42,393 bases of DNA from Clostridia bacterium (GCA_017625915.1 JAGAJV010000062.1:1-42393); one strand, 5' to 3'; counted from the stretch's first letter, positions 27,109-38,932 are shown. Program-made: numbers and translations. The notes: generated by a model not told the origin, from the letters alone.

Positions 27109-29688
27109 ATGACTCAAATGATGCTACAATATCTCGAGATAAAAAAGCAATATAAGGATTTTATATTGTTTTACCGTCTTGGAGATTTTTATGAAATGTT
27201 CTTTGATGATGCTATAACTGCATCAAGAGAGCTAGAGCTAACCTTAACAGGAAGAGATTGCGGCGAAAAGGAAAGAGCGCCAATGTGTGGCGTGCCTTAC
27301 CATAGCTGCGAGGGCTACATTGGTAAGCTTATTTCCAAGGGCTATAAGGTTGCAATATGTGAGCAAATGGAGGATCCCTCACAGGCAAAGGGTATTGTAA
27401 GGCGTGAGGTTGTAAGAGAAATCACTCCGGGCACGGTTATTGAAACCAATCTTTTAACTGAAAATAAAAACAACTATCTATCTGCCCTCTATTTTGAGGG
27501 TGCATATGTAGGCGTATGCTTTGCCGATGTTTCAACAGGCGAAATTTACGCAACAAGCATAGAAAAGGAGCAAGCTAAGCTCTTAAATGAGCTTGGCACA
27601 TACTCTCCCAAAGAAATTATAACAAATCTACCAAAGCTTGCGGGTGGCTATATTCAGGAATTTGCAAAATCAAGAATAGGCGCGCTTTGTGGCTTTGAAA
27701 TGGTAGAATATTTTAACGAGTCCGAGTGCAAGGACAGAGTAAACGCACAATTCGGCGAGGAATTTTTAAATAAATATGGCTCTGATAACCATTTAATTTG
27801 TGCAATAGGCGCAATTTTAGAGTACATACTAAAAACACAAAAAACAGATATTTCATATATCAACAATATTAATGTTTACGGCGAGGGACAGTATCTTGAA
27901 ATGGATTTAAATACCCGCCGCAACCTAGAGCTATGCGAATCTATGAGGACCAAGGAAAAGCGCGGAAGCCTTTACTGGGTTCTTGATAAAACAAAAACAT
28001 CAATGGGCGCAAGAATGCTACGCCATTTTGTTGAGCATCCACTAATTGATGTTAAGAAAATCATAGCTCGTCAAGGCGCTATAACTACATTTTATTCCAA
28101 TATGGTCTTAAGAGACGAAATTTCAAGGCTTTTATCAAATGTACTTGACCTTGAAAGACTTATGACTAAGGTAGTATATGGCACAGCAAACGGAAAGGAT
28201 GCAAGAGCAGTTGCATCAACAATTAAAGTAATTCCTGAAATTAAAAATCTACTCTTTACAGTAAACGATAAGGAGCTAAACGAAATAAGAGATAACCTTG
28301 ACGACCTGACGGACATCTTTACTCTTATTGACGATATGCTGGTAGATTTACCGCCATTTTCCATAAGAGAGGGTGGAATGGTCAAGGACGGCTACAGCAA
28401 AGAGGTTGACTATCTACGAAGCGTAATGAGCGACGGTAAGGGCTGGATTGAAAAAATCGAAGAGGCAGAAAGAAGCGCAACAGGAATTAAAACACTTAAA
28501 ATAGGCTATAACCGAGTTTTCGGATATTATATAGAGGTAACAAAATCCTTAATTTCTCAAGTACCGGATAGATATATAAGAAAGCAAACTCTATCCAACT
28601 GCGAAAGATATATAACAGAGGATTTAAAAAATATGGAAGCCACAGTTTTAGGCGCAAACGATAAGCTTTGCAATCTGGAATATGAGCTTTTTGTACAGTT
28701 AAGAAGCAAGCTTGAAGAAAATCTTAAGCGAGTTCAAAAATCAGCAAACATGCTAGCTCGTCTTGATACATATATTTCACTTGCCGAGGTAGCAATTAAA
28801 AATAATTACACCTGCCCTGAGGTTGATTATAGCGATGTAATTGACATTAAGGACGGTCGTCACCCTGTTGTTGAGCAATTTGTAAAGGATAGCTATTTTG
28901 TACCAAACGATACCTACCTGAACACTACAACTGACCGTCTGGCGCTTATCACAGGACCAAATATGGCAGGTAAATCAACATATATGCGTCAAAGCGCGTT
29001 AATAGTTTTAATGGCGCAAATTGGCTCATATGTTCCTGCAAAGCAAGCAAGAATAGGCATTGTAGATAAGCTGTTTACAAGAGTAGGCGCATCAGACGAT
29101 TTAGCATCAGGTCAATCAACCTTTATGCTTGAAATGAACGAGGTTGCATATATTCTTGAAAATGCAACCAAAAAGAGCTTTATTATCTACGACGAAATAG
29201 GCAGAGGCACATCAACCTACGACGGTATGAGCATCGCAAGAGCAATTGCAGAATATACAGCAGGCAAAAAAATCGGCGCTAAAGCAATGTTTGCAACCCA
29301 CTATCACGAGCTTACCTCACTTGAAAATGGCTCAAACGGTATTGTAAACTATAATATCGCAGCCAAAAAGCGTGGCGAGGACATTATATTCCTTCGCAAA
29401 ATCGTTAAAGGACCAACTGACGATAGCTACGGTATCGAGGTTGCCAAGCTGGCAGGCGTGCCAACCGAGGTTGTAAAGCGCGCAAAGGCTGTCCTTGCCG
29501 AAATGATTGAAAACGGAGTAGTTACCGAAAAAGCGCCAAAAGCAAAAACAACCGAGATAGGTATGGAAATGTCCTTTGAGGATATGAGTGTTTACGAGGC
29601 AGCCGACAGAATTAAAAAGGTAGACCTAAACACCCTTACCCCAATCGAAGCTATGAACTTTATATTCGAGCTTAAAAAATTATTTTAG
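27109..29688 (+). CDS. mutS: DNA mismatch repair protein MutS
   Basis: N-terminal TQMMLQYLEIKKQY...FYRLGDFYEMF, Walker A GPNMAGKST, DEIGRGTSTYDG; 859 aa; TAG stop at 29686-29688. Confidence 0.95.
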   Translation: MTQMMLQYLEIKKQYKDFILFYRLGDFYEMFFDDAITASRELELTLTGRDCGEKERAPMCGVPYHSCEGYIGKLISKGYKVAICEQMEDPSQAKGIVRREVVREITPGTVIETNLLTENKNNYLSALYFEGAYVGVCFADVSTGEIYATSIEKEQAKLLNELGTYSPKEIITNLPKLAGGYIQEFAKSRIGALCGFEMVEYFNESECKDRVNAQFGEEFLNKYGSDNHLICAIGAILEYILKTQKTDISYINNINVYGEGQYLEMDLNTRRNLELCESMRTKEKRGSLYWVLDKTKTSMGARMLRHFVEHPLIDVKKIIARQGAITTFYSNMVLRDEISRLLSNVLDLERLMTKVVYGTANGKDARAVASTIKVIPEIKNLLFTVNDKELNEIRDNLDDLTDIFTLIDDMLVDLPPFSIREGGMVKDGYSKEVDYLRSVMSDGKGWIEKIEEAERSATGIKTLKIGYNRVFGYYIEVTKSLISQVPDRYIRKQTLSNCERYITEDLKNMEATVLGANDKLCNLEYELFVQLRSKLEENLKRVQKSANMLARLDTYISLAEVAIKNNYTCPEVDYSDVIDIKDGRHPVVEQFVKDSYFVPNDTYLNTTTDRLALITGPNMAGKSTYMRQSALIVLMAQIGSYVPAKQARIGIVDKLFTRVGASDDLASGQSTFMLEMNEVAYILENATKKSFIIYDEIGRGTSTYDGMSIARAIAEYTAGKKIGAKAMFATHYHELTSLENGSNGIVNYNIAAKKRGEDIIFLRKIVKGPTDDSYGIEVAKLAGVPTEVVKRAKAVLAEMIENGVVTEKAPKAKTTEIGMEMSFEDMSVYEAADRIKKVDLNTLTPIEAMNFIFELKKLF

Positions 29689-29693
29689 CCGTT

Positions 29694-29764
29694 AGCTGTC
29701 AGCCGCTAGCAGTCAGCAGGCTTCCACTTTAGGGGAAGCTGTCGCTTTAGCGACTGATGAGGTG
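29694..29764. repeat. REP-like double-hairpin intergenic element (copy 1)
   Basis: AGCTGTCAGC...GGCTTCC-n8-GGAAGCTGTCGC-ttta-GCGACTGATGAGG; shares architecture and the AGCTGTC(A)GC / GC(T)GACTGA(T)GAGG blocks with 32966-33010. Confidence 0.5.
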
Positions 29765-29791
29765 TAATTAGAAAGGAAAGGAAGGTCAATA

Positions 29792-31717
29792 ATGGGAAAA
29801 ATTAATGTATTAGGCTTTGATATAGCCAATTTAATAGCCGCAGGCGAGGTTGTTGACCGTCCTTCGTCTGTTGTAAAGGAGCTCCTTGAAAACGCAATCG
29901 ACTCAGGAGCTGACAAAATCACAGTAGAAATCAAAAACGGTGGCACGTCCTTTATAAGAATTGCCGATAATGGCTGTGGTATAGAATATGATGATTTGCC
30001 AACTGCACTTTTACGCCACGCAACAAGCAAAATCAAGGAAGCCTCCGACCTTGACAGCATAATAACACTAGGCTTCAGAGGCGAAGCCCTTGCTGCTATA
30101 TCATCAGTTTCCAAAATAAGAATTTTATCAAAAACACAGAATTGTGAAATGGGCGCTATGCTTGAAGCCCACGCAGGACAGGTTCTGAATCACATAAAAG
30201 CAGGCTGTCAAGATGGAACAACTGTAATTGTTGAGGATTTATTCTATAATGTCCCTGCAAGAAAGAAATTTTTAAAAAGAGATGCTACAGAAGCGTCATA
30301 TATAACATCAATTGTTGAAAAGGTAGCAATGTCACGCCCTGACATTTCCTTTAAATACATAATTGATGGCGAGGTTAAATTTATAACCTCAGGCGATAAT
30401 AATACACAAAATGCAATCTATGCAATTTTAGGAAGCGATGTAGCCAAGAAAACAATCAAGGTATCAAGACAGAAAGCAGGCATTAAGGTTGAGGGCTTTA
30501 TTTCCTCACCAAATTTAAATAGAAGCAACAGAAACCTTGAAATATTTTACATAAACTCTCGCTATATAAGAAGTGGAGTTATGGCAAAGGCTCTAGAGCA
30601 AGCCTTTGAATCCTATATCCCATCAGATAAATTTCCCGTATGCGTAATAAATGTGGAAATTGACCCACTTTATGTCGATGTTAATGTTCACCCCTCAAAG
30701 CTAGAGGTTAAATTCTCAAACGAGCAGGTAATTTTCGATGCAATATATTACGCGGTGCGTACAGCTCTTGCAACAGGTATAGAGCGCCCAACGCTTTATA
30801 ATGAGCCAAAGGAAAGTGTTGCTAATACACCGTTTAAGGCATACGATAAGGAAGCACCAAAAAATGAAAAAATCGTATTTGATACAAATGGTAACATAGG
30901 CACAGAAAATAAGGATAAAACAATATCCTATATTCAACCGAAAATTGAGCCTAAGCAAGAGGAAAAGAAGGTAACAAAAATTGAGCTGCCTAGGGAAGAT
31001 GATTTTGTACCGGATTTTCTTAAAAAATACGATGCCACACCAACACTAAAGGTGTCAAATTCCTTTGAGCTATTTAATATGCAAGAGGAAGCGCCAAAGG
31101 AAGAAATCAAGCAGGAAGTAAAAGAAGAAAAAATAATTCCGGACTATAAAATAATAGGCGAAGCATTTAATTCCTATGTAATAGTTGAGCTGGGCGAAAT
31201 TCTATATTTAATAGATAAGCACGCAGCCCACGAAAGAATTATTTTTGAGGATTTAAAAAAGAAAATTAATGAAGCCACCCCGTCCTCTCAAATGCTGCTT
31301 ATACCAATAGAGGTAAGCTTAACAAGCGAGGAAATGGGCGCTTTAAATGAATATAACGAGGAAATAAGAAAAACAGGCTTTGGCTTTACGCTAAAGGAAA
31401 AATGCGCAAGCCTTGACGAGCTACCCTCGGAAATTGAGGTTGGATGTGGCGAGGACGCATTTTTAACTCTCGTATCCCGTCTTACACAGGGCGTGGAGGC
31501 AGGCAAATCAAGATATGAAAAGTTTGAGAAGGCTTTATACCAAGCATCCTGTAAGGCAGCAATTAAGGCAGGCAGAATTTACGATAGCGCCCATATAAAA
31601 TGGATTGTTGAAAGAACCTTAACTCTTGACAACATCAAATATTGTCCACACGGTCGCCCCGTAGCCTTTGAAATAACAAAGCATTTTCTCGAAAAGGAAT
31701 TTGAAAGGATTAAATAA
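29792..31717 (+). CDS. mutL: DNA mismatch repair protein MutL
   Basis: GHKL ATPase motifs (IAAGEVVDRPSSVVKELLENAIDSGA, DNGCGI, LGFRGEAL); C-terminal endonuclease-type region; 641 aa. Confidence 0.95.
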   Translation: MGKINVLGFDIANLIAAGEVVDRPSSVVKELLENAIDSGADKITVEIKNGGTSFIRIADNGCGIEYDDLPTALLRHATSKIKEASDLDSIITLGFRGEALAAISSVSKIRILSKTQNCEMGAMLEAHAGQVLNHIKAGCQDGTTVIVEDLFYNVPARKKFLKRDATEASYITSIVEKVAMSRPDISFKYIIDGEVKFITSGDNNTQNAIYAILGSDVAKKTIKVSRQKAGIKVEGFISSPNLNRSNRNLEIFYINSRYIRSGVMAKALEQAFESYIPSDKFPVCVINVEIDPLYVDVNVHPSKLEVKFSNEQVIFDAIYYAVRTALATGIERPTLYNEPKESVANTPFKAYDKEAPKNEKIVFDTNGNIGTENKDKTISYIQPKIEPKQEEKKVTKIELPREDDFVPDFLKKYDATPTLKVSNSFELFNMQEEAPKEEIKQEVKEEKIIPDYKIIGEAFNSYVIVELGEILYLIDKHAAHERIIFEDLKKKINEATPSSQMLLIPIEVSLTSEEMGALNEYNEEIRKTGFGFTLKEKCASLDELPSEIEVGCGEDAFLTLVSRLTQGVEAGKSRYEKFEKALYQASCKAAIKAGRIYDSAHIKWIVERTLTLDNIKYCPHGRPVAFEITKHFLEKEFERIK

Positions 31718-31723
31718 TATATA

Positions 31724-32860
31724 ATGCTAAAGATACTTAAAAAAGATGGCAGAGCAAGACGCTGTACCTTTGAAACTGTACACGGAACGATACAAACACC
31801 TGTATTTATGAATGTAGGCACCTGTGCCGCAATCAAGGGCGGTATATCCTCAATGGACTTAAAGGATGTAAAATGTCAGGTTGAGCTATCAAATACCTAT
31901 CACCTACACATTCGTCCGGGAGATAAGCTAATTCACGACTTAGGTGGACTTCATAAGTTTATGAATTGGGATAAGCCAATTTTAACAGACAGTGGTGGAT
32001 TCCAAGTGTTTTCACTTGCACAGTTACGCAAAATCACCGAGGAGGGTGTAAAATTCGCATCTCATATTGATGGTAAGCGTATATTTATGGGCCCTGAGGA
32101 ATCAATGCAAATTCAGTCAAACCTGGGCTCTACAATAGCTATGGCATTTGACGAATGTATTGAAAACCCTGCCAAATACGACTATACAAAGCAGTCCTGT
32201 GACCGCACTGTAAGATGGCTAAAGCGCTGTAAGGTGGAGCTGGATAGACTTAATTCATTACCGGATACTATAAACAAGCATCAAATGCTTTTTGGTATCA
32301 ATCAAGGAAGCACCTATGAGGATTTAAGAATTAAGCATATGCAGAAAATAGCTGAGCTAGACCTTGACGGATACGCAATAGGCGGTCTTGCCGTAGGCGA
32401 GGAAACTGAGGAAATGTATCGCATAATCGACATCGTTGAGCCTCATATGCCCGAAAATAAGCCAAGATACCTAATGGGTGTAGGCACGCCTTGTAATATC
32501 CTTGAGGCAGTACACCGTGGCATAGATTTCTTTGATTGTGTAATGCCATCAAGAAATGCAAGACACGGCAACCTCTTTACTTGGCACGGTAAAATGAACA
32601 TAATGAACGAGAAGTACCGTGACGATTCTCGCCCAATAGACGAAAATTGCGAGTGTCCTGCTTGTAAGCATTATTCAAGAGCATATATAAGACACCTAAT
32701 CAAAGCCAAGGAAACACTTGGAATGCGTCTATGTGTGCTCCATAACCTCTATTTCTATAACAACCTTATGGAAAAAATCAGAGAAGCACTTGATAACGAC
32801 TATTTTGAAAGCTTCTACCAAAAATATCGCAATATCTTAGGCGAGCGTAGCACTAATTAA
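31724..32860 (+). CDS. tgt: Queuine tRNA-ribosyltransferase
   Basis: TPVFMNVGT, LTDSGGFQ, GLAVGE, zinc site CECPACKHYSRAYIRHL. Confidence 0.95.
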   Translation: MLKILKKDGRARRCTFETVHGTIQTPVFMNVGTCAAIKGGISSMDLKDVKCQVELSNTYHLHIRPGDKLIHDLGGLHKFMNWDKPILTDSGGFQVFSLAQLRKITEEGVKFASHIDGKRIFMGPEESMQIQSNLGSTIAMAFDECIENPAKYDYTKQSCDRTVRWLKRCKVELDRLNSLPDTINKHQMLFGINQGSTYEDLRIKHMQKIAELDLDGYAIGGLAVGEETEEMYRIIDIVEPHMPENKPRYLMGVGTPCNILEAVHRGIDFFDCVMPSRNARHGNLFTWHGKMNIMNEKYRDDSRPIDENCECPACKHYSRAYIRHLIKAKETLGMRLCVLHNLYFYNNLMEKIREALDNDYFESFYQKYRNILGERSTN

Positions 32861-32905
32861 CAATTAGCAAGCTTGTAGGGGATGGTGCCCTCGACGTCCC
32901 GTAAA

Positions 32906-32958
32906 AAAGAAAGAAACAAATTATGACAAACAATTTTATGTGCTTTCAAAACTGAAGG
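32906..32958 (+). repeat. Upstream duplicate of the RBS and first codons of the deacetylase gene (contains a 10-codon mini-ORF at 32923-32955)
   Basis: 32906-32942 matches 33017-33053 with 1 mismatch in 37 nt, offset 111 nt; similarity continues in degenerate form to 32958 / 33070. The mini-ORF encodes MTNNFMCFQN then stop. Confidence 0.7.
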
Positions 32959-32965
32959 TATATAA

Positions 32966-33010
32966 AGGCTCCTTTGTGTAAAGGGAGCTGTCAGCGAAGC
33001 TGACTGAGGG
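32966..33010. repeat. REP-like double-hairpin intergenic element (copy 2)
   Basis: AGGCTCC-n10-GGGAGCTGTCAGC-gaa-GCTGACTGAGGG; same architecture as 29694-29764. Confidence 0.5.
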
Positions 33011-33033
33011 ATTGTCAAAGAAAGGAACAAATT

Positions 33034-33858
33034 ATGACAAACAATTTTATGTGTTATCCAAATTGGAAGGAAAAAGCATTAACCTTCAGCTACGATGACG
33101 GAAACATTAAGGATAGAGACCTAGTAGCGCTATTTAACAAATATAATGTAAAGGGCACATTTAACCTAAACAGTGCAATATTTTCAGAAAATGGAAAAGA
33201 AGATAACATTTCAAGAACCGAGGTTAAGGACTTATATAAGGGACACGAGGTTGCTGTTCATACAGTTACACACCCTCGCCTGGAGCTTTTACCAAGCAAT
33301 CTTATTACCTGGGAAATAACTGAGGATAAAGCAAGCCTTGAAGCACTATCCGACACAATTGTGCAAGGTATGGCGTACCCATTCGGCACATATAGCGACG
33401 AGGTTGTTGAAATCTGTGAAAAAGCAGGAATTAAATATTCAAGAACAGTTCATTCAACACATAATTTTGATGTAACCTACGACTGGCTAAGAATGCCTGC
33501 AACCTGCCACCACGCAGACGATAAGCTTTTTGCGCTTGCAGAAAAATTTGTAGCAGGCTCACCAAGCCTAGAGCGCTTCAAATATACAGGCTGGCTATTC
33601 TATGTATGGGGACACTCATACGAATTCAGAACAGAAGAGGACTGGCTCCGTATGGAGGGCTTTGTTTCAATGGTAGCAAACCGTGAGGATACATGGTATG
33701 CAACCAATATTGAAATTTATGAATATGTACAGGCATTCCGTAGCCTTGTTTACTCACAAGACGCATCTAAGGTATATAACCCATCTGCACTCCCTGTTTA
33801 TATGCTTCATAACTCCAAAAAATATGTTATCAAACCAGGCGAAACAGTAACATTTTAA
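33034..33858 (+). CDS. Polysaccharide deacetylase (CE4) family protein
   Basis: LTFSYDDG (Asp-Asp metal/catalytic motif), HTVTHP, AYPFG motifs. Confidence 0.8.
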   Translation: MTNNFMCYPNWKEKALTFSYDDGNIKDRDLVALFNKYNVKGTFNLNSAIFSENGKEDNISRTEVKDLYKGHEVAVHTVTHPRLELLPSNLITWEITEDKASLEALSDTIVQGMAYPFGTYSDEVVEICEKAGIKYSRTVHSTHNFDVTYDWLRMPATCHHADDKLFALAEKFVAGSPSLERFKYTGWLFYVWGHSYEFRTEEDWLRMEGFVSMVANREDTWYATNIEIYEYVQAFRSLVYSQDASKVYNPSALPVYMLHNSKKYVIKPGETVTF

Positions 33859-33860
33859 TA

Positions 33861-33905
33861 AAAAACAGCACTTAATCAAGCAATGTTGATTGAGTGCTGT
33901 TTTTA
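33861..33905. terminator. Bidirectional intrinsic terminator
   Basis: 18-bp near-perfect stem aaaacagcacttaatcaa / ttgattgagtgctgtttt. Confidence 0.8.
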
Positions 33906-34736
33906 TTTCCAAAGACCAATAGTTATTATTATATGTGCGTATGCTACACCAAAAAAGAAAAGCATTGTAAGCAAGTCAAAAATAAATGAATCTATTCCTT
34001 TATTTTTTCTTTGAGCAAATAATACAAAAGCATGGCCATGCTCCTCAATATTGTTTTGTATGCTGGTAAAAAGCCACATAACAGCAGAAAGAATATAAAG
34101 AATTATACTTAATGTACAAGTAATTAAGGAGGTTATCTTAAAAAATCCAAAAATGAAATGTAAAGAAAAAGTAATAAAAAACAAAATAGTGTATATCTTA
34201 TTCAAATAATATATTTTGTCAATTCCAAATTCTTTATGCAATGCTTCATACCACCAATAATTTCGTTTACCCTTTTTATGCTTGTTAATGTTAGTTTTAC
34301 TGATTTTCTTGCAGCCTTGTAAATAAAAATTTACACTGCCTCTAAAAAATGCATAAAAAATAAGAGTTGCAATAATAAATATCATTGATACAAAATAATA
34401 ATTTACCAAATTTTCATTGAATAAATGAGAATTAAACACCAATAATTCACTAATCGCAATTAAAGCACTACCTATAAGCACCAAAACAAGTGAAAATCCT
34501 CCACCTAATGATGATTTAGCAAATATCATTATTAAATTAAATAACCCTATTCCGATTATAAAAGAGCCTATGTATCCGATTACAATCCAAGCACTGTCGG
34601 GAGCATCTAAAATTATATTTGTTGTCATAAGCGCAAGCATTGGTAAAATAAGCAAAATTATTCCTAAAAACACCCAAATGCCGATATTGGCAGTATTAGC
34701 GTTTCTTTTTTTCTTTCTTTTATTTTTTGATTTCAT
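33903..34736 (-). CDS. Polytopic membrane protein of unknown function with highly basic N-terminus
   Basis: 277 aa, MKSKNKRKKKRNANT then ~7 hydrophobic segments; RBS agagg. No recognisable family motif. Confidence 0.6.
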   Translation of the reverse strand: MKSKNKRKKKRNANTANIGIWVFLGIILLILPMLALMTTNIILDAPDSAWIVIGYIGSFIIGIGLFNLIMIFAKSSLGGGFSLVLVLIGSALIAISELLVFNSHLFNENLVNYYFVSMIFIIATLIFYAFFRGSVNFYLQGCKKISKTNINKHKKGKRNYWWYEALHKEFGIDKIYYLNKIYTILFFITFSLHFIFGFFKITSLITCTLSIILYILSAVMWLFTSIQNNIEEHGHAFVLFAQRKNKGIDSFIFDLLTMLFFFGVAYAHIIITIGLWK

Positions 34737-34912
34737 AAATCATTTAACCTCTAAGCCTAATTAAATCGAAACAATTATATCATACAATTTTTAATAAGTC
34801 AATTAAACCAAAAGCAATATGGATTAAATTTATACAAAAGCGGAGCTTTTGCGATAGCAGTAGCAGTAAAGCTTTCGATGTGGGAAAATCTAGATTTTTC
34901 TTCTTTCTGCAA

Positions 34913-34941
34913 TTGACATTGTCACATATAAGTTGTATAAT
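34913..34941 (+). promoter_or_regulatory. Consensus sigma-A promoter upstream of the PHP/DMT/abfA cluster
   Basis: TTGACA (34913-34918), 17-nt spacer, TATAAT (34936-34941). Confidence 0.6.
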
Positions 34942-34971
34942 TTATTTATATAACTATAAAAGGAAAACATT

Positions 34972-35666
34972 ATGAAAAAGTATAAATATCAAATGCATAT
35001 CCACACAGCTCCTTGCTCAGCCTGTGGTCAAATGTCACCTAAGGAGCTATGCCAATCACTGCACGAAAACGGCTATCAGGGAACAGCGTTAACAAATCAT
35101 TTCTATCACGGCAATTCAGGCATAGATCGTAGCCTCTCGTGGAATGATTTTGTATCAGCCTACGAAAAGGATTATAATGAATGCTTAGAGGAAGCAAGAA
35201 AGTATGACCTAGACATAATTTTTGGCATTGAGGAGGCGGTTGTCCCAGGACTTGAGCTTCTATGCTATGGCATAACTCCAAAAATCCTTTATGATAACCC
35301 TGAGCTGCAAAACTGCTCACTTGAGGAATTTGTAGAAATAATGCACAAAAACGGTGCGGTTCTTATCCAAGCTCACCCATTTAGAGAAGCATTTTATATT
35401 CCCAATCCCGGACATTTGCCGGTTGAGCTAATCGACGGAGTGGAAATTTATAATAAAGGAAATTCTACCGAGGAAATGAACCAAAAAGCACTTGCTTTTG
35501 CAAATGAGCATCCGCATTTAATTAAAACCTCAAGCGCCGACGCACACACCACTGATCGGGTTATGTTTGGTGGAATTATAACGGAAAAGCGCATTAAAAG
35601 CTCGCAAGAATTAGCCGAAGTACTTCGCGCAGGCAGCTATCAGTTAATTATTCCCGGGGAAGAAAT

Positions 35667-35670
<4 letters not shown>
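34972..35670 (+). CDS. PHP domain metal-dependent phosphoesterase
   Basis: MHIHT N-terminal His motif, AHPFRE, SADAH motifs typical of the PHP fold. Confidence 0.75.
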
Positions 35671-38400
<2,730 letters not shown>

Positions 38401-38410
38401 AATACAACAA

Positions 38411-38448
38411 AAAGGATAGAGCAAATAGCCCTATCCTTTCGTTTTTTA
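38411..38448 (+). terminator. Intrinsic terminator
   Basis: Stem aaaggatag-gc / gc-ctatccttt, followed by cgtttttt. Confidence 0.6.
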
Positions 38449-38480
38449 TTATCGTAAATTAATAAGTGATCCCTTGTATT

Positions 38481-38775
38481 AAACAAAAATGACTAAGTCG
38501 GCAACACGGTCCCGTGTGTCGGGCTTAGTCATAGGTGGTCGAGATGACAGGAAGCATCGCAATAAATTGCTCGTAACACTTCGCGCGCAAATCGTGAGCG
38601 AGCTCCCATTTGCTTCGCTCGCTAGGCGCACCTGATTCAACTTGCGTTGAAAGCAGATGCGAACAGTCAACACAAACAAAAAAATCCTAAACCGAACATA
38701 AAGTTCAATTTAGGATTTTTATGGTCGAAGTGGCGATACCCGACTCGAACCTGCCAGAAAAAGTGTTTTGAAGCC
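38481..38775 (-). ncRNA. Unclassified structured-RNA-like element, copy A (core 38535-38727)
   Basis: 193-nt core about 93% identical to 41733-41927. On the minus strand: a 12-bp hairpin with U7, then a 4-way junction (P1 GCAUC/GAUGC, P2 UUCAAC-GCAA-GUUGAA, P3 GUGCGC/GCGCGC enclosing AGCGAGC/GCUCGCU, P4 short variable hairpin), then its own terminator (38491-38530 plus U-run). Overlapping ORF 38479..38679 judged non-coding. Confidence 0.6.
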
Positions 38776-38869
38776 TTTTGACATAAGGATTTAGGGCATA
38801 TTTATACTGGCAAAATAAAAATAGTTTTTGTAAAAAAGCAGATATTTGAAAGTATTTTTACGCAAAATA

Positions 38870-38898
38870 TTGATTTTTAAATAAAAATGTGCTAAAAT
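38870..38898 (+). promoter_or_regulatory. Candidate promoter for a short plus-strand transcript
   Basis: TTGATT (38870-38875), 17-nt spacer, TAAAAT (38893-38898); a plus-oriented terminator lies ~70 nt downstream. Confidence 0.4.
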
Positions 38899-38932
38899 AA
38901 AATCACGACTAAGTGGTGTGCTTTAGCATATC
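38891..38932. repeat. 42-nt direct repeat DR1 (partner at 40420-40462)
   Basis: gctaaaataaaatca-cgactaagtggtgtgctttagcatatc versus gctaaaacatatcatacgactaagtagtgtgctttagcatatc; contains inverted TGCTAAA...TTTAGCA. Confidence 0.7.

Noticed and set aside
29754-29761. CTGATGAG, the hammerhead ribozyme core heptamer plus one base, in the mutS-mutL spacer.
   Set aside because: There is no stem II followed by GAAA and no stem III or cleavage triplet. The equivalent position in the second copy of the element reads CTGAGGG. It is a chance match within a REP-like hairpin.
29713-30114. 133-aa minus-strand ORF; similar antisense ORFs occur inside mutS, mutL, the aminopeptidase, trkH, YfcC and others.
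   Set aside because: These ORFs are fully embedded antisense to strongly supported genes. They have no RBS and are typical shadow ORFs.
34913-34924. The 12-mer TTGACATTGTCA is shared between the PHP-cluster promoter (34913) and the island palindrome (40509).
   Set aside because: Dozens of chance 12-mer matches are expected in an AT-rich 42-kb window, counting both strands. There is no extended similarity around either site.
38479-38679. ORFs 38479..38679 and 41655..41879 (minus strand) share the N-terminus MFVLTVRICFQRKLNQVRLASEAN, which looks like a duplicated small protein gene.
   Set aside because: Similarity collapses after ~24 codons because of indels, and the C-terminal parts differ entirely. 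No RBS precedes either start. The nucleotide differences preserve RNA pairing rather than codons, and the region is dense in hairpins and terminators. It is treated as non-coding RNA-like sequence.
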